Shown here piece by piece: positions 25,442 to 36,800 of a stretch of DNA of 64,000 nt; position 1 is the first letter of the stretch; each line of letters opens with the position of its first letter. The stretch comes from an uncultured archaeon (lineage in GTDB: Archaea > Aenigmatarchaeota > Aenigmatarchaeia > QMZP01). The stretch is taken from positions 4,672 through 68,671 of the forward strand of contig CAZAEI010000003.1 in NCBI GenBank assembly GCA_964484305.1, given 5' to 3'. A program made the translations under genes and the position numbers. The notes beneath the pieces are model-generated. The model ran no database searches. It saw only the letters and a program-made list of their open reading frames with translations, and was not told where the DNA came from.

Positions 25442-27010
25442 TTACAAAGAGATTTCATAGGCATTGGCCAGCCTGTCCAGGGTTTTCTCTGCCTCTTTTA
25501 ACTGATTATCCGCCCTCTCTAACGCGTTCCCTGTGTTCCTTTCATGAATGAATATGTTTCTGATATCCTCCCCGGCTTCAGTATCTATCACACCGCCGCC
25601 AACAAGCTCCCCCACGGTCTCTTCCATTACTTCAGGCGTTACGGTCTTTCCTTTGGTCTTTTCAACAATCATGTCATATGCCCCCGGCACACCAGATGCC
25701 CTAAGTATCGTCTGCATGCTTGCAGAAGCTATGGCAGGGTTCTCCAGAAGCTCCTTATCTATGCCATCGAAGTTCGGGTATGTTCTCTCAAGGTCTTCAT
25801 ATATTCTCCCGATAGCAATCCCTATGTTTGACATGGGCACAGGAAAATATCTCTTTAAGAAATTTCTTCTCAGGTCTCCCTGCTTTCTCTGCTTGGCCAG
25901 CAAATCGAAGACTTCAAGCTCGGCATCTGCCAGGGTAATAGAAGTCTCGCCCCCCTCTGTTCTCCATGGGTTGACCTTCTGCGGCATTATGGAGGAGCCC
26001 CTGTCCTGCTTCTTTGTCTTCTTTTTCAGTATCTTCCTGCTTAGGTATGAGCTGTAGTCGTCCGCCCATTTCAATAGGGGCAGATTGGCCCGTTTTATGA
26101 TATCAACCAGTTCAAGAAATCTCATGTTGGATTCGTCCTGGTCACATGCGGGCTGGTATTCGAGCTCCACCCCCTCTATCAATCTCCTGTAGAAGGATTG
26201 CCAGTCATGGCCGGGATAGGCAGCTATCATGGCTGAATCGTTTCCGACAGCCCCTCCCATCTTCCCGTAGAGCCTGAATGGTAAATACCCGCTCTCTCCA
26301 CTAACAACCAGTTTGGATATTTCCTGGTCTAGGGCAGAGGCTATATTCGCAACAACCTTCTTTAGGGGGGTGGGAACGGCGTTCTGCTCATGTGTCTGGG
26401 CAGCTATCACGGTAAAGGGTCGGGGATAACCCTTCGGCACTTTGTGCCATTCCTCTGCCTTTCTGATAAACAGATTCTGCAGGCCTGCAATCAGCGGGAC
26501 ATAATATTCTTTCATTATATCCCTTACCATGAGGCTGAATACGTTGCTGTCCATGTCTGCAGACGTTCTGCCAATATGCATTGCCCTTTCCATAAGGTCT
26601 GGATCGAAGATGTCTCCCATGTTGTACAGGGCCAGAATGGTCATTGCTACAACGTCGTGGTCTGTTTCCTTTTCTATCCTCTTGAACCTCACAAAATCCA
26701 GTTCAGAGAAACCTGTGTAGAGTTCTCTGAGGGCCTTTCTCTGATTGTCGCTGAAGGGATGTTCGATTAATCTTTTTCTGGGCCCCCCGTAATTCTGGAA
26801 TTCGTCACCAAGCCCTATTAGGTATTCCGATTCAAGGGCCAGTCTCCTCCTGACCCATTCGAACTCAGAGGTTATGTGCCTCAGGGGTTCCGTATATCTA
26901 GCATAACGGCCTTCTTGGGGAGTAAAGGCGTGCATTGTCCTGATATCATATTCCGTGGGCTCAATGTCCAGGTCCTCAGGAGTGAGCCCTGCCTTTGACA
27001 AGGGGTCCAT
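25442..27010 (-). CDS. purB: adenylosuccinate lyase-like (fumarate-lyase superfamily) protein, long form
   Basis: 522 aa; GSSIMPQKVNPW lyase-1 signature. Adjacent and divergent to purC. AT-richer than the flanks. Confidence 0.8.
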   Translation of the reverse strand: MDPLSKAGLTPEDLDIEPTEYDIRTMHAFTPQEGRYARYTEPLRHITSEFEWVRRRLALESEYLIGLGDEFQNYGGPRKRLIEHPFSDNQRKALRELYTGFSELDFVRFKRIEKETDHDVVAMTILALYNMGDIFDPDLMERAMHIGRTSADMDSNVFSLMVRDIMKEYYVPLIAGLQNLFIRKAEEWHKVPKGYPRPFTVIAAQTHEQNAVPTPLKKVVANIASALDQEISKLVVSGESGYLPFRLYGKMGGAVGNDSAMIAAYPGHDWQSFYRRLIEGVELEYQPACDQDESNMRFLELVDIIKRANLPLLKWADDYSSYLSRKILKKKTKKQDRGSSIMPQKVNPWRTEGGETSITLADAELEVFDLLAKQRKQGDLRRNFLKRYFPVPMSNIGIAIGRIYEDLERTYPNFDGIDKELLENPAIASASMQTILRASGVPGAYDMIVEKTKGKTVTPEVMEETVGELVGGGVIDTEAGEDIRNIFIHERNTGNALERADNQLKEAEKTLDRLANAYEISL

Positions 27011-27119
27011 GAAATAACTTCAGTAATAAGTTTTTTAACCTTTTAACCAAGCCGGATACAATCATGGGTTTCTGGGATGATTTCCCTTTAAATTATTTTC
27101 TGCTAATTCTTAGTTTAGT

Positions 27120-28067
27120 ATGTTCGAGATCGATGTTAACTATCCCACACTGAGAGAATCCAACATTTCTGGTTTGGAACTTGATAGGAGAGGGAAGGTC
27201 AGGGATGTTTACCAACTTGAGGATGGAAACCTTTCTATGGTGACAACCGATAGGATATCAACACATGATGTTGTTTATAAGCAATGCATAACACACAAAG
27301 GTTATGGTTTGGTTCAAACAACTGCTCACGCCTTTCCTATCACAGCCCATATTATACCAAACCATTTCATAAGCTCTCCTGATCCAAATGTGATGCTTGT
27401 AAAGCCCGCCGAATTATATCCCATAGAGGTAATAGTAAGGGGCATACTCACTGGTTCTGCATGGAGAGAATATAAAAAAACGGGCAGTGTGCTGGATCAT
27501 GAGCTGCTAAAGGGGATGAAAAAGAACCAAGGGTTCGATAAACCCATCGTGACACCATCAACCAAGGCAGAAGAGGGACTGCATGATATATATCTAACAC
27601 GTCAGCAGGCAAGGGATATCGTAGGACCTATATGGGACGAAATAGGGAGAATATCACTGCAGCTGTATGATTTTGGCAATGCTGTGGCCATGAAACATGG
27701 TGCAATGCTCGCTGATACTAAATTTGAATTTGGGAAGGATGCTAATGGCTCTCTTATCCTTGTTGATGAATTGTTTACACACGATTCATCAAGATTCTTA
27801 GATGTTGATGATTATGAGAAAGCTTTTGCTGAAGACAGAGAGCCTGACTGGATAGACAAACAGCTAGTGAGAAACTATGCAGAATCGCTTGGCTTCAGTG
27901 GTGAAGGAGAAGCACCCAAGTTGCCTGATTATATAATAAAGGGGGCTGCTGAACGAGTATTGAAGGTTTATACTATATTGTCGGGAGAAGACCTTCCAGC
28001 GCCGGCAGAGCCGCCTACTGATGAGAGGATAGCAAGGAATCTCAGAAATGCAGGATTAATTGGCTAA
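27120..28067 (+). CDS. purC: phosphoribosylaminoimidazole-succinocarboxamide (SAICAR) synthase
   Basis: 315 aa; GKVRDVY, TTDRISTHD, ADTKFEFG motifs. Confidence 0.9.
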   Translation: MFEIDVNYPTLRESNISGLELDRRGKVRDVYQLEDGNLSMVTTDRISTHDVVYKQCITHKGYGLVQTTAHAFPITAHIIPNHFISSPDPNVMLVKPAELYPIEVIVRGILTGSAWREYKKTGSVLDHELLKGMKKNQGFDKPIVTPSTKAEEGLHDIYLTRQQARDIVGPIWDEIGRISLQLYDFGNAVAMKHGAMLADTKFEFGKDANGSLILVDELFTHDSSRFLDVDDYEKAFAEDREPDWIDKQLVRNYAESLGFSGEGEAPKLPDYIIKGAAERVLKVYTILSGEDLPAPAEPPTDERIARNLRNAGLIG

Positions 28068-28070
28068 TAA

Positions 28071-28514
28071 CTACGTGCTTACCATGACCCCGCCCAGCCC
28101 GGCGGCAGCGAACTTGTGGATTATTTCTGCTATGGAGTTGAGGATGCCCTGGGCCTCTCCCATGTCCATGGAGAGCTTCTCGGGCTCCAGAATCTCTATG
28201 CTGGAGGGTGCATAGGAGACAACGACCCTCACGAGCTGGTCAAAATTCCTGGTGAGCGCATCAACGTCGACTATCCGGGAGTAGGCCTTCTCTATCCTTG
28301 GCGCGGGCTTCTCGACTTCCTGGGTTTCATGGAACCTCCTGTCAAGAATCATCGTCCCTTCCTCCTGCTCCATCTTCTCTACGTGCTTGCTCAGGGCGGA
28401 TTCGGCAGCCTCCCTGTTTATGGCAAGGACCTCGATAATCATGGTTGACTTTATCCAGCCCTCCCTGAGGCGCTTGTCCGCAAGCCTCTGCTTCTTGTCA
28501 TCCATAGAAAACAC
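28071..28514 (-). CDS. hypothetical protein
   Basis: 147-aa ORF with backbone-like codon usage; no motif recognised. Confidence 0.55.
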   Translation of the reverse strand: MFSMDDKKQRLADKRLREGWIKSTMIIEVLAINREAAESALSKHVEKMEQEEGTMILDRRFHETQEVEKPAPRIEKAYSRIVDVDALTRNFDQLVRVVVSYAPSSIEILEPEKLSMDMGEAQGILNSIAEIIHKFAAAGLGGVMVST

Positions 28515-28528
28515 ACCCGTATTAGTCG

Positions 28529-28921
28529 TTATTTGCCTTCCTGCTTATTTAAGTCTTGCGCCCCGTAGAGCATGGCCTTGGCGCGCTCGAGCTGCTCGCT
28601 CTCCAGCCTGAGGACCTCCTCGAGCATCTCCCTCTCGGCCTTGAGGAGCGGGCCCTCCCTGTCCATCATGTTCAGGTATATGGAGATGTTGTTCTGGATT
28701 ATGCCAACAACGTCCCTGGGGTCCGGCTCGAGGTTCCGGCCCAGGCGCACGCCCCTCCTGTAGAGGCACGGGTCCACTCCCCACTTGCTTTTCAGGTAGT
28801 TGCAGGCCACCTCACCGACCCTGCACTCTGCGCAGCTCACCCAGTCCTGGCCCTGGCTGGTGGTCAATACCATGCAGGAGTTCTCCTCATCCTTCTCTGC
28901 CTTCAGGAGCCTGACCTCCAT
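28529..28921 (-). CDS. hypothetical protein (Cys-containing N-terminus, coiled-coil C-terminus)
   Basis: 130-aa ORF between the radical-SAM gene and the previous hypothetical gene, same strand. Confidence 0.5.
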   Translation of the reverse strand: MEVRLLKAEKDEENSCMVLTTSQGQDWVSCAECRVGEVACNYLKSKWGVDPCLYRRGVRLGRNLEPDPRDVVGIIQNNISIYLNMMDREGPLLKAEREMLEEVLRLESEQLERAKAMLYGAQDLNKQEGK

Positions 28922-28966
28922 TATCCCACCTCCATGTATATTATTAATCGCAATCTATTTTAGTGC

Positions 28967-30019
28967 CTATTTCAGTGCGCTCCACTTCCTCCCTGCCAGG
29001 GCGAGCCTGTGGCCGCAGGTGCAGGTATCCCTCATGGCCGCGACCCCGAAGCCGTGCCTCTCTATCAGGGGCCTGCCGCACTCCGGGCAGTATGTTGTCT
29101 CGCCCCTGTGGCCCGGGACGTTTCCTATGTAGACGTATCTGAGGCCCTCCTTTACGGCTATACTGTGGGCCATCTCAAGGGTCCTGGTCGGGGTCGGCTC
29201 TGCGTCCCTCATCCTGAATTGCGGGTGAAACCTCGAGAAGTGTATGGGTGTATCAGGTCCCAGGTTCTTCCTGACCCACCTGGAGATATCGGTCAGGACC
29301 TTCCTTGAATCATTGTATCCAGGGATTACCAGGGTGGTGACCTCAACCCAGACCCCCTGCTCCCTATAGAGCATGGCCGCCCTCTTTACAGCGGCCTCGC
29401 CAGGGGCATTGCAGAGCTTCCTGTAGAAGGACTCGGAGCCCTTGATGTCAATATTGATGGCGTCCAGGTAGCGGCTGGCCTCCATGACAGGCTCCGGGCT
29501 GGTGAACCCGTTGGAGACCCAGCAGTTGTAAAGACCTGACCGCCTGGCCAGCTTCATGGTGTCAAGGGCATACTCGAAGAATATCGTGGGCTCGGTATAT
29601 GTATAGGAGATGCCCTCCACGCCCTGTTTCCTGGCAATCTCCACAATCCTCTCAGGGGGAATGTGCTCCCCAACTATCCCGGCTCCTGCAGCACTAGGCT
29701 CTTCCCCAGGTGAGTTGTTCTGAAACTGCGGGTGGGATATCTCCCAGTTCTGGCAGAACTTGCAGTCAAGGTTGCACCCCACCGTGCATATGGAGAGGCA
29801 GTTAGAGCCCGGCGCGAAGTGATAGAGCGGCTTCTTCTCTATGGGGTCCACCGCCATGGAGCACAGCCTCTCATAGACAAGGCTGTAGAGCACGCCTGCC
29901 TGGTTCTCCCTGACCCCGCAGAAACCCCTCCTGCCAGGGAGAATCACGCACTTCCTGGGGCAGAGGAGACACTGAACCTTCTTCCCCTCCAGCTTCCTGT
30001 AGAACAGGGCCTCCTTCAT
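28967..30019 (-). CDS. amrS: AmmeMemoRadiSam-system radical SAM enzyme (PFL-activase-like)
   Basis: 350 aa; KVQCLLCPRKCVI...GFCGVR N-terminal Cys cluster and CNLDCKFCQNWEIS (CxxxCxxC). Confidence 0.85.
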   Translation of the reverse strand: MKEALFYRKLEGKKVQCLLCPRKCVILPGRRGFCGVRENQAGVLYSLVYERLCSMAVDPIEKKPLYHFAPGSNCLSICTVGCNLDCKFCQNWEISHPQFQNNSPGEEPSAAGAGIVGEHIPPERIVEIARKQGVEGISYTYTEPTIFFEYALDTMKLARRSGLYNCWVSNGFTSPEPVMEASRYLDAINIDIKGSESFYRKLCNAPGEAAVKRAAMLYREQGVWVEVTTLVIPGYNDSRKVLTDISRWVRKNLGPDTPIHFSRFHPQFRMRDAEPTPTRTLEMAHSIAVKEGLRYVYIGNVPGHRGETTYCPECGRPLIERHGFGVAAMRDTCTCGHRLALAGRKWSALK

Positions 30020-30198
30020 GCAATTCTTTTATCCCAAGGCTTAAAATCTCTTCCGGGCACTGGCCTACCGGAACTCTTATAATTCCGCTTGGCAATAATC
30101 TAACACCACTTTGTTTCCCTTCACTACCTAAGCGCCTGCAGGTGGCTTAGCCACCTGATTGTGTTTTTTGTACAGGTGAAGGGTGTGCATTTTGGGTG

Positions 30199-31272
30199 AT
30201 GCCCATCTACGAGGAGAACAGGATAATCAGGGACGCCCGCGTCCTGAGGGAGCAGTTCATACCCAGCAGGGTCCTCCACAGGGAGGGCCAGCTCGATGCC
30301 ATAAGGGACTGCCTGAAGCCCATCCTCAAGGACACGGAGCCCAGGAACACCATTGTCTTTGGAAGCCCGGGGACAGGCAAGACCTGCATCGCAAGGTTCG
30401 TGGCCGAGGAGCTCTCTGCCCACAGCACCTCGGTCCAGAACAGCTACATAAACTGCTGGGAGTGCTCCTCCAGGTTCAAGATACTCTACAGCATACTCCA
30501 GGACATGGGCCTCACACTCTCGGTTCACAGGAAGGGCACGCCCACTGACGAGCTGCTTGAGAGCCTGAGGAAGCGGCTTGAGCAGCGCTACTGCGTGATA
30601 ATCCTCGATGAGGTGGACAGGCTCGATGACGACATGGTCCTCTACGACCTGGCCACCCTGCAGGGGGTATGCCTCATACTGATTTCAAACACAGAGACAG
30701 TCCTCCATAACGCAGACCCCAGGGTCAGGAGCCGCCTGGCCTCTTCAGAGCGCCTGGAGTTCCCGGTCTACAGGGACGGGGAGATTCTCGACATACTCAG
30801 GGACAGGGCTGAGTGGGGGCTGCTTCCGGGGGTGGTCAAGCCAGCCCAGCTCGAGAGGGTGGCCTCTACCTCAGGGGGCGATTCCCGGGTTGCCATAGAG
30901 ACCCTCAGGATAGCTGCCGATGAGGCTGAGAACAAGGACCTTGAGAAGATACCGGACAGCTCGATAGACAGGGCCCTCCCCAGGGCCCTGGTGAGCAGCA
31001 GCGAGAGGAACATCGAGATGCTCTCCCCTCACCAGAGGCTCATCATGGAGATACTCAACCTGGAGGAGACCATTGATGGCGGGGAGCTCTTGAAGAGGTT
31101 CCAGAGGCTCTCCGGCCAGAGGGGCCTCAGCAATGTCACAGACAGGACATTCAGAAACCATATGGACCGGCTGGCCCACCTGGGCCTGGTCAGTTCAGAG
31201 GGCAAGGCCAGGTGGAGGGTCTATTCCGTTGTACGGCCAGGGGGCTCTAACGGAAATCCGGGTTCCGGATAA
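30199..31272 (+). CDS. cdc6: Orc1/Cdc6 replication initiator
   Basis: Walker A GSPGTGKT, Walker B VIILDEVD, C-terminal winged helix. Confidence 0.95.
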   Translation: MPIYEENRIIRDARVLREQFIPSRVLHREGQLDAIRDCLKPILKDTEPRNTIVFGSPGTGKTCIARFVAEELSAHSTSVQNSYINCWECSSRFKILYSILQDMGLTLSVHRKGTPTDELLESLRKRLEQRYCVIILDEVDRLDDDMVLYDLATLQGVCLILISNTETVLHNADPRVRSRLASSERLEFPVYRDGEILDILRDRAEWGLLPGVVKPAQLERVASTSGGDSRVAIETLRIAADEAENKDLEKIPDSSIDRALPRALVSSSERNIEMLSPHQRLIMEILNLEETIDGGELLKRFQRLSGQRGLSNVTDRTFRNHMDRLAHLGLVSSEGKARWRVYSVVRPGGSNGNPGSG

Positions 31273-31771
31273 AACCGATATCATGCGGCCATAACGGAAA
31301 AAAGGAAAACGGAAACGTCCTATCCATAGGTTTATATTGGGCCAGGGTCAAGCCCTTTTTATGGGGGCGATATGCCTTCATGATATCCTCAAGGATATTG
31401 CCTCCAATGATAGTGATTCCATGACCCGCGTTGCCACCGCTGCCAGAACGGAACCAGGTGTCGATGAATGGAAGCCCACCCAGGCCGGCCACGAGACGCC
31501 ATCCCTTCTCTCCTTCACCAGAAGGGAGGAGAGTGTGGAGGAAACCCACGGGGACATTTCAGAGCTCCTGACCAGGAAGTTCAGGGAGTTCTTCCCCTAG
31601 CACAAACCCGCTTAAGGAGGCGATTCCATGAATTCTGTGAGAAATCTCCTGGAAGCCATAAACAATTTCCTGTTCCCCTACAGCTATCTCCAGAGCCCGG
31701 GCTTCGAGGTCTCCAGGAACCTCATGCCCTGGGACAGGATGCTCAGGAGCCTCTCCTAGAACCAGGCGGAA

Positions 31772-33055
31772 TTACTTCTTGACCAGCTTGCGCTGGTTCC
31801 CCATATAGGGCCTCAGGGCCTTGGGAATCAGGACAGAGCCGTCCCTCTGCTGGTGTACCTCCAAGAGGGCCACCATGGTCCTTGACGTGGCCAGGGCCGT
31901 GTTGTTGAGGGTGTGGACAAAGCCCGCTGGGGCCTGGCCCTCCCCCTCCCTGAACTTTATGTTCAGCCTTCTGGCCTGGTAATCCGTGCAGTTGGAGTTC
32001 GAGCCGATTTCCCTGTACTGGCCATCGGCCATCCACACCTCTGTATCGTACTTCTTGGCAGCCAGGCTTCCGATATCACCCGTGCACACATTCACCACCC
32101 TGAAGGGAAGCTCCAGGGCCTTGTAGAGGCCCTCGGCATTCCTCTGGAGCTCCTCGAGAATCCTCCATGAGTCCCTGGGGTGGCAGAAGACAAACTGCTC
32201 CACCTTATTGAACTGGTGCATCCTGAAGAGGCCCTTGGTGTACTTGCCATGGGAACCGACCTCCCTCCTGAAACAGGGAGAGACCCCGCAGAGCCTGATG
32301 GGCAGGTTCCTGAGCTCCAGGGTCTCGTCCATGAACATGGCAGCCATGGGGTGCTCGGATGTCGCAATGAGGTAGAGGTCCTCATCCTCGACCTTGTACA
32401 TGACGTTCTCGAAATCCCCCAGGTCGGTCACCCCCTCATAGGGCTTCCTTGACATCATAAGGGGCGGCTCCACCGGGGTAAAGCCCCGCTTGACAAGGAA
32501 GTCCACAGTGAACTGCATGATTGCGTAGTCCAGCCTTGCCAGGTCTCCCTTGAGATAGAAGAACCCCGAGCCAGCAACCTTGGCCGCCCGCTCCGAGTCT
32601 ATCATGCCCAGGTCCTCGGCAATCTCCAGGTGGTTCCTGGGCCTGAAGCCGAACCTTGGAATCCTGCCCCAGTGCCTTACGGGGACGTTGCCACTCTCGT
32701 CCCTGCCCCTGGGCACGCTCTCGTGGAGTATGTTGGGGAGCCTCATCAGGGCGTCCCTGTTCAGGCTCTGCAACTCTTGGACCCTGGCCTCCAGGGCCCT
32801 TATCTCCCCGGGGAGATTCTTCATCTCCCTGATTTTCTTCCCGGCGGGCCTGCCATCCCTCTTGAGCCCGGCAATCTCCTCTGTGACCGTGTTGCGCTTC
32901 CTCCTCAGCCCCTCAAGCCTTTGCAGGCCTGAGCGCCATTCCTTATCGTTCTTTATCAGCCTCTCCAGGAGCTCGAGCTTGTCCTTCTCGCCCCTCTTCC
33001 TGAGGTCCTTCCTGACTATCCCGGGGGTTTCCCTGATGAGCTTTATGTCAAGCAT
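31772..33055 (-). CDS. serS: seryl-tRNA synthetase
   Basis: 427 aa; N-terminal coiled coil; class II motifs FRREVGSHGKYTKGLFRMHQFNKVE, GDIGSLAAKKYD. Confidence 0.95.
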   Translation of the reverse strand: MLDIKLIRETPGIVRKDLRKRGEKDKLELLERLIKNDKEWRSGLQRLEGLRRKRNTVTEEIAGLKRDGRPAGKKIREMKNLPGEIRALEARVQELQSLNRDALMRLPNILHESVPRGRDESGNVPVRHWGRIPRFGFRPRNHLEIAEDLGMIDSERAAKVAGSGFFYLKGDLARLDYAIMQFTVDFLVKRGFTPVEPPLMMSRKPYEGVTDLGDFENVMYKVEDEDLYLIATSEHPMAAMFMDETLELRNLPIRLCGVSPCFRREVGSHGKYTKGLFRMHQFNKVEQFVFCHPRDSWRILEELQRNAEGLYKALELPFRVVNVCTGDIGSLAAKKYDTEVWMADGQYREIGSNSNCTDYQARRLNIKFREGEGQAPAGFVHTLNNTALATSRTMVALLEVHQQRDGSVLIPKALRPYMGNQRKLVKK

Positions 33056-33219
33056 TTCTGCACCCTGCTAAAAGAGAGGCCTAACTACAGACCTCCCAGA
33101 GGCTTGCCTCTCTCCATATCCTTCCGTACACCGACATGTGAAGGTTGGGGTCTACCACGAAACCACCTATAGAATTATACGGGTCATTATTAATAAAAAG
33201 CGGTCATGAGATAATCTTA

Positions 33220-33795
33220 TTATAAGGAGATATCAAAACCAGGTAAGAACGAATATCTGTTTCTTGATATTTTTTTTCTAAGGGCAGCTTCAGCAGAAGG
33301 ATGCCCCTTGGCAATATAATTGTAATCAAACCATTCACAAAGGTTTCTGATTTCGCATGTATATAATCCACATGCAAGGGGCTTAACTTCATGTATTATA
33401 CACTTGCCCATCTTGTCATGTGGTAGCCTATCATAACATTCTGTTCCTAGGAACCTCAACCCGACAGAATCTTTTAAGAATTTAGAGATAGACGATTGCT
33501 CAATCTTCCCTTCCTCTGTACGTGGAACCTCCTCAAAGAAGATGCACCTTCCATCCAAGTATCTGGGAAAAAGTAACTTCCTGCCCAGATAGATATCCCC
33601 TTCAAGGTATTTGGAATACAGCTCCTCAGGTGTGATACCTAATTCATTCTCTGCAAATGTCTCTATCCTCTTGATTTCATCCTCAAGAATAGGCGGTGTA
33701 CGTTTGCAACACGAAAGCCCCCGTTGACACTTGTGTGTGCTTCCTAATTCCAGCGCCCTCTCGGGCGAATCATCTGCAGAAAGTACATATTCCAT
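33220..33795 (-). CDS. YkgJ/UPF0153-like CxxCxxCC zinc/iron-chelating domain protein
   Basis: 191 aa; HKCQRGLSCCKRTPP N-terminal motif plus later Cys residues; markedly AT-rich gene in a GC-rich neighbourhood. Confidence 0.65.
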   Translation of the reverse strand: MEYVLSADDSPERALELGSTHKCQRGLSCCKRTPPILEDEIKRIETFAENELGITPEELYSKYLEGDIYLGRKLLFPRYLDGRCIFFEEVPRTEEGKIEQSSISKFLKDSVGLRFLGTECYDRLPHDKMGKCIIHEVKPLACGLYTCEIRNLCEWFDYNYIAKGHPSAEAALRKKISRNRYSFLPGFDISL

Positions 33796-33842
33796 AATCT
33801 TCTAGATGTTACTAATTAATTTATAAGCAAAACAGCAAGCTA

Positions 33843-36800
33843 TCAGTAATCATTCCAGGCCTTTATCCTGAGGTCATCCAGGCCCTTGCTGTTTATTGTC
33901 CTTATGAAGAGCCTCGCGAGCTGGGGGTTGGTTATCAGGGATATCGAGAAGTCCACGGCCATCCTCCTTATGTAGTATTCATCGTCCATGGCCCTGTTCT
34001 CGCCCTCTTCAGGGACATTTATCACAAGGTCCAGGCCGCCCCCGGCCATGCGGTCTGAGATGTTGGGCTTCCTTTTCTCGTGGATCTTGTGGAGCATGGT
34101 GTTTTCAACGCCATTCTGCCCGAGAAACCTTGAAGTCATCTCAGTGGCATAGATATCGAAGCCCCGGGCCCCGAGGCTCCTTATGGACTCGAGGGATTTG
34201 ACCTTGTTCTCGTCCCCGCCGAGCGATACCAGGACGCTCTTGTCGGGAATCCTGTATCCAGTGGACAGCATGGCCTTGAGGAAGGCCTCCTCCAAATCGT
34301 CTCCCATGCAGGCGACCTCACCCGTGGACGACATCTCCACGCTGAGCGTGGGGTCAGCGCCCCTTAGCCTGGAAAATGAGAACTGTGGCGCCTTCACGCC
34401 GATGTAGTCGATGTCCCATATGCTCCTCGTGCTCCGGGCCTTCTTCCCCATCATTACCTTGGTCGCAATCTCTATGAAGTTGCTCTTGAGGACCTTGGAT
34501 ACGAAGGGAAAGGACCTCGAGGCCCTGAGGTTGCACTCTATGACAGCGACCCTGTTGTCCTTGGCCAGGAACTGTATGTTGAAGGGCCCTGTTATCTCAA
34601 GGGACTCTGCGACCTTCCTGGCGATGCTCTCTATCCTCTTGACGGTCTCCACATAGGTCTTCTGGGGCGGGATAACCATTGTGGCATCACCTGAATGCAC
34701 GCCGGCATTCTCCACGTGCTCTGAGACAGCCCAGGCCACGACCTCACCCCTACTGGCAACCGCGTCTATCTCCACCTCCCTGGCGTTCTGGACGTACTTG
34801 CTTATGACAACGGGGTGCTCCCTAGAGACATCGGATGCCTTCCTGAGGTAGCGCTCAAGGCCCTCTTCATTAAAGATTACTGTCATGGCAGAGCCTGAAA
34901 GGACATAGGACGGCCTTACCAGGACAGGGTATCCCACCCTCCTGCAGAAGCCCCTGGCCCCGTCGAGGCTTTTAAGCTCCTTCCACATGGGCTGGTCTAT
35001 TCCCAGGCTGTCCAGAAGACTCGAGAACTTGTGCCTGTCCTCGGCCCGGTCTATGTTCTCGGGTGAGGTCCCGAGAATCCTGGCCCCGTGCCTGTGGCAT
35101 CTCAGGGCGATGTTGTTGGGTATCTGGCCCCCCATGGAGACCATGATACCCAGGGGCTTCTCCTTCTCATATATGTCCATGACGGCCTCGAAGCTCAGCT
35201 CATCAAAGTAGAGCTTGTCGCATATGTCGTAGTCAGTGCTCACGGTCTCGGGGTTGTTGTTGACCATTATCGTCCTGTATCCGAGCTTCCTCAGTGTTGT
35301 CACTGCATTGACGCAGCACCAGTCGAATTCCACAGAGGAGCCAATCCTGTAGGCCCCTGACCCGAGGACAATGACCTGGCCCTTCTCCCTGAAATCCAGG
35401 TCGTCCTCGCTGCCGTGATAGGTCAGGTAAAGGTAGTTGGTCTTTGCCGGGTACTCGGCTGCGAGGGTGTCAATCTGCTTTACAGCTGGTGTGACATCCA
35501 TTCCCTGCCTCAGTTTCCTGGCATCCAGTTCGTCAATGCCCAGGGTGTTTCCTATCTGCCTGTCCGAGAAGCCCGCCTGCTTGGCCCTGAGAAGGATGCC
35601 TCTTGAAAGGCCTTCTGGCCCGGTTTCCCTGAGCATGGATTCCATCTCCACTATCTTTCCCATCCTGTGGATGAACCACCTGTCAATCCTGGAGAGCTGG
35701 TGAATCCTGTCAACCGAAAGGCCCCTCTTGAGGGCATCTGCTATGGCAAATACCCTCTTGTCAGTGGGGCTCCTCAGCTCCCCCTCGAGTTCATCGAACG
35801 CTATGCCGGGGTTGCAGACCAGCCCCTCCATGCCTATGTCAAGCATCCTTATGGCCTTCTGGAGGGCCTCCTCAAAGGACCTTCCAATGGACATGACCTC
35901 GCCAACCGACTTCATCTCGGAACCGATTCTCTTGCTGACCCTCCTAAACTTCTGGAGATCCCATCTGGGGGCCTTGACAACGACATAATCAAGGGCAGGC
36001 TCGAAGCAGGTCATGGTCTTCTTGGTTATGGTGTTCTCAAGCTCCGTAAGGGCGTATCCCAGGGCCAGCTTGGTGGCTATGAAGGCGAGCGGGTAGCCGG
36101 TGGCCTTGCTCGCAAGGGCAGAGCTCCTGGAGAGCCTGGCATTGACCTCGATAATCCTGTAGTCATCGGATTCCGGGTCAAGTGCGAACTGTATGTTGCA
36201 TTCCCCGACGACGCCTATGTGCCTTATGAGCCTTATCGAGAGCTCCCTGAGCTTATGGTACTCGTGGTTGTTGAGTGTCTGGGTGGGCGCGATCACAATG
36301 CTCTCTCCTGTATGAATTCCCATGGGGTCGAAGTTCTCCATGTTGCAGACGGCTATGCAGTTGTCCCTGCGGTCCCTGACAACCTCGTACTCTATCTCCT
36401 TCCAGCCATCCAGGTATTCCTCTATAAGGACCTGCTTGGTATGGGTCAGGGCCTTTTTCACCTTCTCCCCGAGCTCCTTCCTGTTGCGGGATATTCCGCT
36501 GCCCTTGCCCCCCAGCGCATAGGCCACCCTTGCCATGACAGGGTAGCCTATCCGGTCAGCGGCCTCGAGCGCCTCTTCAATGCTGCCTACAGCAGAGCTC
36601 CTGGGGACCTTGAGGCCTATCTCTGAAAGCTTCTTTACAAAGAGTTCCCTGTCCTCTGTGTTCCTGATGGCCTCCACAGGGGTTCCGAGCACCCTCACCC
36701 CGTACCTGTCCAGGACCCCCGAATCAGCGAGCTCGACCCCCACATTGAGCGCGGTCTGGCCGCCAAAGGAGAGCAGGATACCGTCAGGCCTCTCCCTCTC

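Noticed and set aside
31273-31771. Three mutually overlapping ORFs between cdc6 and serS (31247-31549 minus, 31337-31600 plus, 31468-31782 plus) and a 43-codon ORF 31628-31759 with a good AAGGAGG
   Set aside because: No motif is recognisable in any of them, and codon patterns are ambiguous on both strands. The minus ORF would overlap the cdc6 3' end. I cannot decide between small genes, a decayed gene and non-coding (origin-proximal) DNA, so no CDS is called.
35667-36626. 319-aa plus-strand ORF (and many similar ORFs within 34183-38065)
   Set aside because: These are antisense shadows of carB/carA, whose identity is unambiguous.
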